From the NCBI GenBank assembly GCA_026416115.1, contig JAOAFU010000128.1, positions 678 through 64,677 on the forward strand: a stretch of 64,000 bases of DNA, in the 5' to 3' direction. The position numbers and the translations under genes are program-made. The stretch is from Bacteroidales bacterium. GTDB taxonomy: Bacteria > Bacteroidota > Bacteroidia > Bacteroidales > DTGW01. The notes under the pieces were generated by a model. It ran no database searches. It had not been told where the DNA came from and saw only the letters and a program-made list of their open reading frames with translations. Below are positions 62,514 to 64,000 of the stretch, one piece after another (the first letter of the stretch is position 1; every line of letters begins with the position of its first letter).

Positions 62514-62521
62514 TATTTTTG
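62514..62521 (+). promoter_or_regulatory. orphan plus-strand -7 box (TATTTTTG) with no ORF downstream for about 290 nt
   Basis: Exact TAnnTTTG match 12 nt from the divergent PorE-like start. See the sRNA/leader finding. Confidence 0.3.
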
Positions 62522-62590
62522 TTTTAGTAGAAAGAACGTAATTTAAACTCTGATATTCTTCAGAATTTTCAATTTTACTTCAATCCACGA

Positions 62591-62598
62591 CAAAGCTA
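62591..62598 (-). promoter_or_regulatory. candidate -7 box (TAGCTTTG) for the PorE-like/kinase operon
   Basis: Exact TAnnTTTG match 89 nt upstream of the start at 62502, which implies a long leader. Confidence 0.25.
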
Positions 62599-62676
62599 TT
62601 AAATTATTGGTAAAAATAGGAATATTTCATTTCCATTTAACTTGAAATGTTTCAAATTTTTAGTTGTTAAATTAAT

Positions 62677-62704
62677 TATACCCTTATATAGGGTATATTT
62701 TTTT
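62677..62704 (+). terminator. terminator-like hairpin plus T7 inside a divergent intergenic region
   Basis: TATACCC-TTATATA-GGGTATA (7-bp stem) followed by TTTTTTT and then A8. No annotated plus-strand gene lies upstream. Confidence 0.3.
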
Positions 62705-62814
62705 AAAAAAAACAAACAATTTTTGGTTGTTATTTGTTATTTATGTACTAAATGGCATACTTATTCTAAATATTTTTTTAAAAAATATTTTGTCTAACTC
62801 TAAAATACTTAATT

Positions 62815-64000
62815 ATGAGACCTTTAAAACATTTTAAGAAGCTGGGGTTTCTTTTTATGATTCAATTTATTACATTAAATTCTGTGGCTCAATGCCCCGA
62901 TGGTACTAATAGTTGGTTTGTTATAGATAGTATCGACCGGGATGCAAAGGTCGTTTACTATACTGTTTACAGTAATGTTGCAGCAGATGCAGATGTAAAT
63001 TACTCGATTTCGGGCACGTCCTATTATTACAGTGGTACAAAATATTACAATTTTGCTTCAGACAGTACTAATATATTTAGAGATACATTAAACTATCTGG
63101 GAGAACCTTACATTTACTTTTCTATAATATTTAATAAACCGTCTGAATGTGCTTCGTCATACTATGCATATGAAAATATTGATTTTAATTGCAACCATTC
63201 GGCATATGTTTCTTTATCCAGTGCATGTGAGTCCGACTTTAATAAAAAAGTTCCTATTAATTATTATTTTAATGTATCCTCGGGCGATACAATAATAACT
63301 TTAGTGAAAGATAGATTTGGCGCTATAATTGATTCGTTTGCTTCGTCGAATTATTATTATAACCGAACAATAATTTTCAATAAAGTGGGTATTGATACAA
63401 TTTATGTAACCTTCGTGGGTCAATACTGTACTCGAACACAGAAGTTAGGAGTAGTTGTGTCGGACGCATGCAGCAATTTTGGGTGTAGTGCCGACTTAAC
63501 CATGTCTCACGTGACAGGAAATAAATATAAAATTACCGTTAACCATCCAAATGCCAATTTTTACTCATGGTCGTATGGTACAACATATGGTCCAACTCAG
63601 CAGAAAGATACTACTAGTAATTCGATAATTTTAGATATGATTGACAATGTTGTATACTATTTGTGGGTTGCTCCAGTTGATACCAATCAATTCTGTTATA
63701 CCAATGTACAAAAACAATTTTCATCAACTCCTTGTTTTGTTCAGTTTGATGATCCTTACATTTATGGTAGTACAGTAAACTTTTATATTTATGGTTTAAA
63801 TCCCGATAAAACCTATAAGCTATATTTTGGAGATGGTGAAGATTCAATATTAAATATTACAGCAAGCAATCCATATGCATCTATTTCATACAACTATAGC
63901 AATATAACCAAAGATTATCAAGCTGTATTGGTTGTACTTGACCAAAACGATACGTGTAATCTTATTTCAAAAACAATATCATTTAAAGAGTGCTATGCCA
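62815..64000 (+). CDS. exported Cys-, Tyr- and Asn-rich protein with PKD-like repeats (partial; continues past the window end)
   Basis: Absent from the ORF track (open-ended). My translation runs MRPLKHFKKLGFLFMIQFITLNSVAQCPDG... with no stop to 64000. The final module, YKLYFGDGEDS...YQAVLVVLDQNDTCNL...ISF, matches the PKD consensus pattern. Confidence 0.7.
   Translation, partial: MRPLKHFKKLGFLFMIQFITLNSVAQCPDGTNSWFVIDSIDRDAKVVYYTVYSNVAADADVNYSISGTSYYYSGTKYYNFASDSTNIFRDTLNYLGEPYIYFSIIFNKPSECASSYYAYENIDFNCNHSAYVSLSSACESDFNKKVPINYYFNVSSGDTIITLVKDRFGAIIDSFASSNYYYNRTIIFNKVGIDTIYVTFVGQYCTRTQKLGVVVSDACSNFGCSADLTMSHVTGNKYKITVNHPNANFYSWSYGTTYGPTQQKDTTSNSIILDMIDNVVYYLWVAPVDTNQFCYTNVQKQFSSTPCFVQFDDPYIYGSTVNFYIYGLNPDKTYKLYFGDGEDSILNITASNPYASISYNYSNITKDYQAVLVVLDQNDTCNLISKTISFKECYA

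Overview
This window reads as ordinary chromosomal core of an AT-rich Bacteroidota genome (A+T judged by eye, not computed). Supporting signs are a SusC/SusD pair, a short 287-aa sigma-A, no Shine-Dalgarno sequences, TAnnTTTG -7 boxes upstream of most transcription units, and a PorE-like TPR/beta-propeller/OmpA protein. I call about 54 CDS. Two are absent from the ORF track because they are open at the window edges (recG, and a Cys-rich PKD-like secreted protein). One is absent because it is under 60 aa (a 57-aa winged-helix protein). There is one tRNA-Ser(CGA), several clear intrinsic terminators and about 20 candidate promoters. Content is mostly housekeeping: recG, recJ, ligA, ruvX, def, metG, rho, rpoD, pdxA/pdxJ, nadK, ilvC, metA, folB, etfAB plus acyl-CoA dehydrogenase, and a GH94 cellobiose phosphorylase. 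I see no CRISPR array, transposase, integrase, phage gene or recognisable defence, toxin or retron module, and no convincing novel multi-gene system. The best second-look candidates are: (1) a cytoplasmic trypsin-fold protein whose whole catalytic triad appears substituted; (2) an OsmC/TehA-like/membrane Fe-S/ferredoxin/peroxiredoxin cluster behind a 467-bp non-coding gap; (3) an mtgA-GT4-Wzy-like-GT4 module divergent from the unlisted 57-aa wHTH gene; (4) a PorE-like gene co-transcribed with a 1219-aa, roughly 12-TM histidine kinase, next to a promoter-plus-terminator pair with no ORF (candidate sRNA or leader); (5) a 16-bp palindrome made of two back-to-back -7 boxes; (6) G-depleted CA-rich repeat tracts. 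All functional calls rest on reading the translations by eye; no searches were run.
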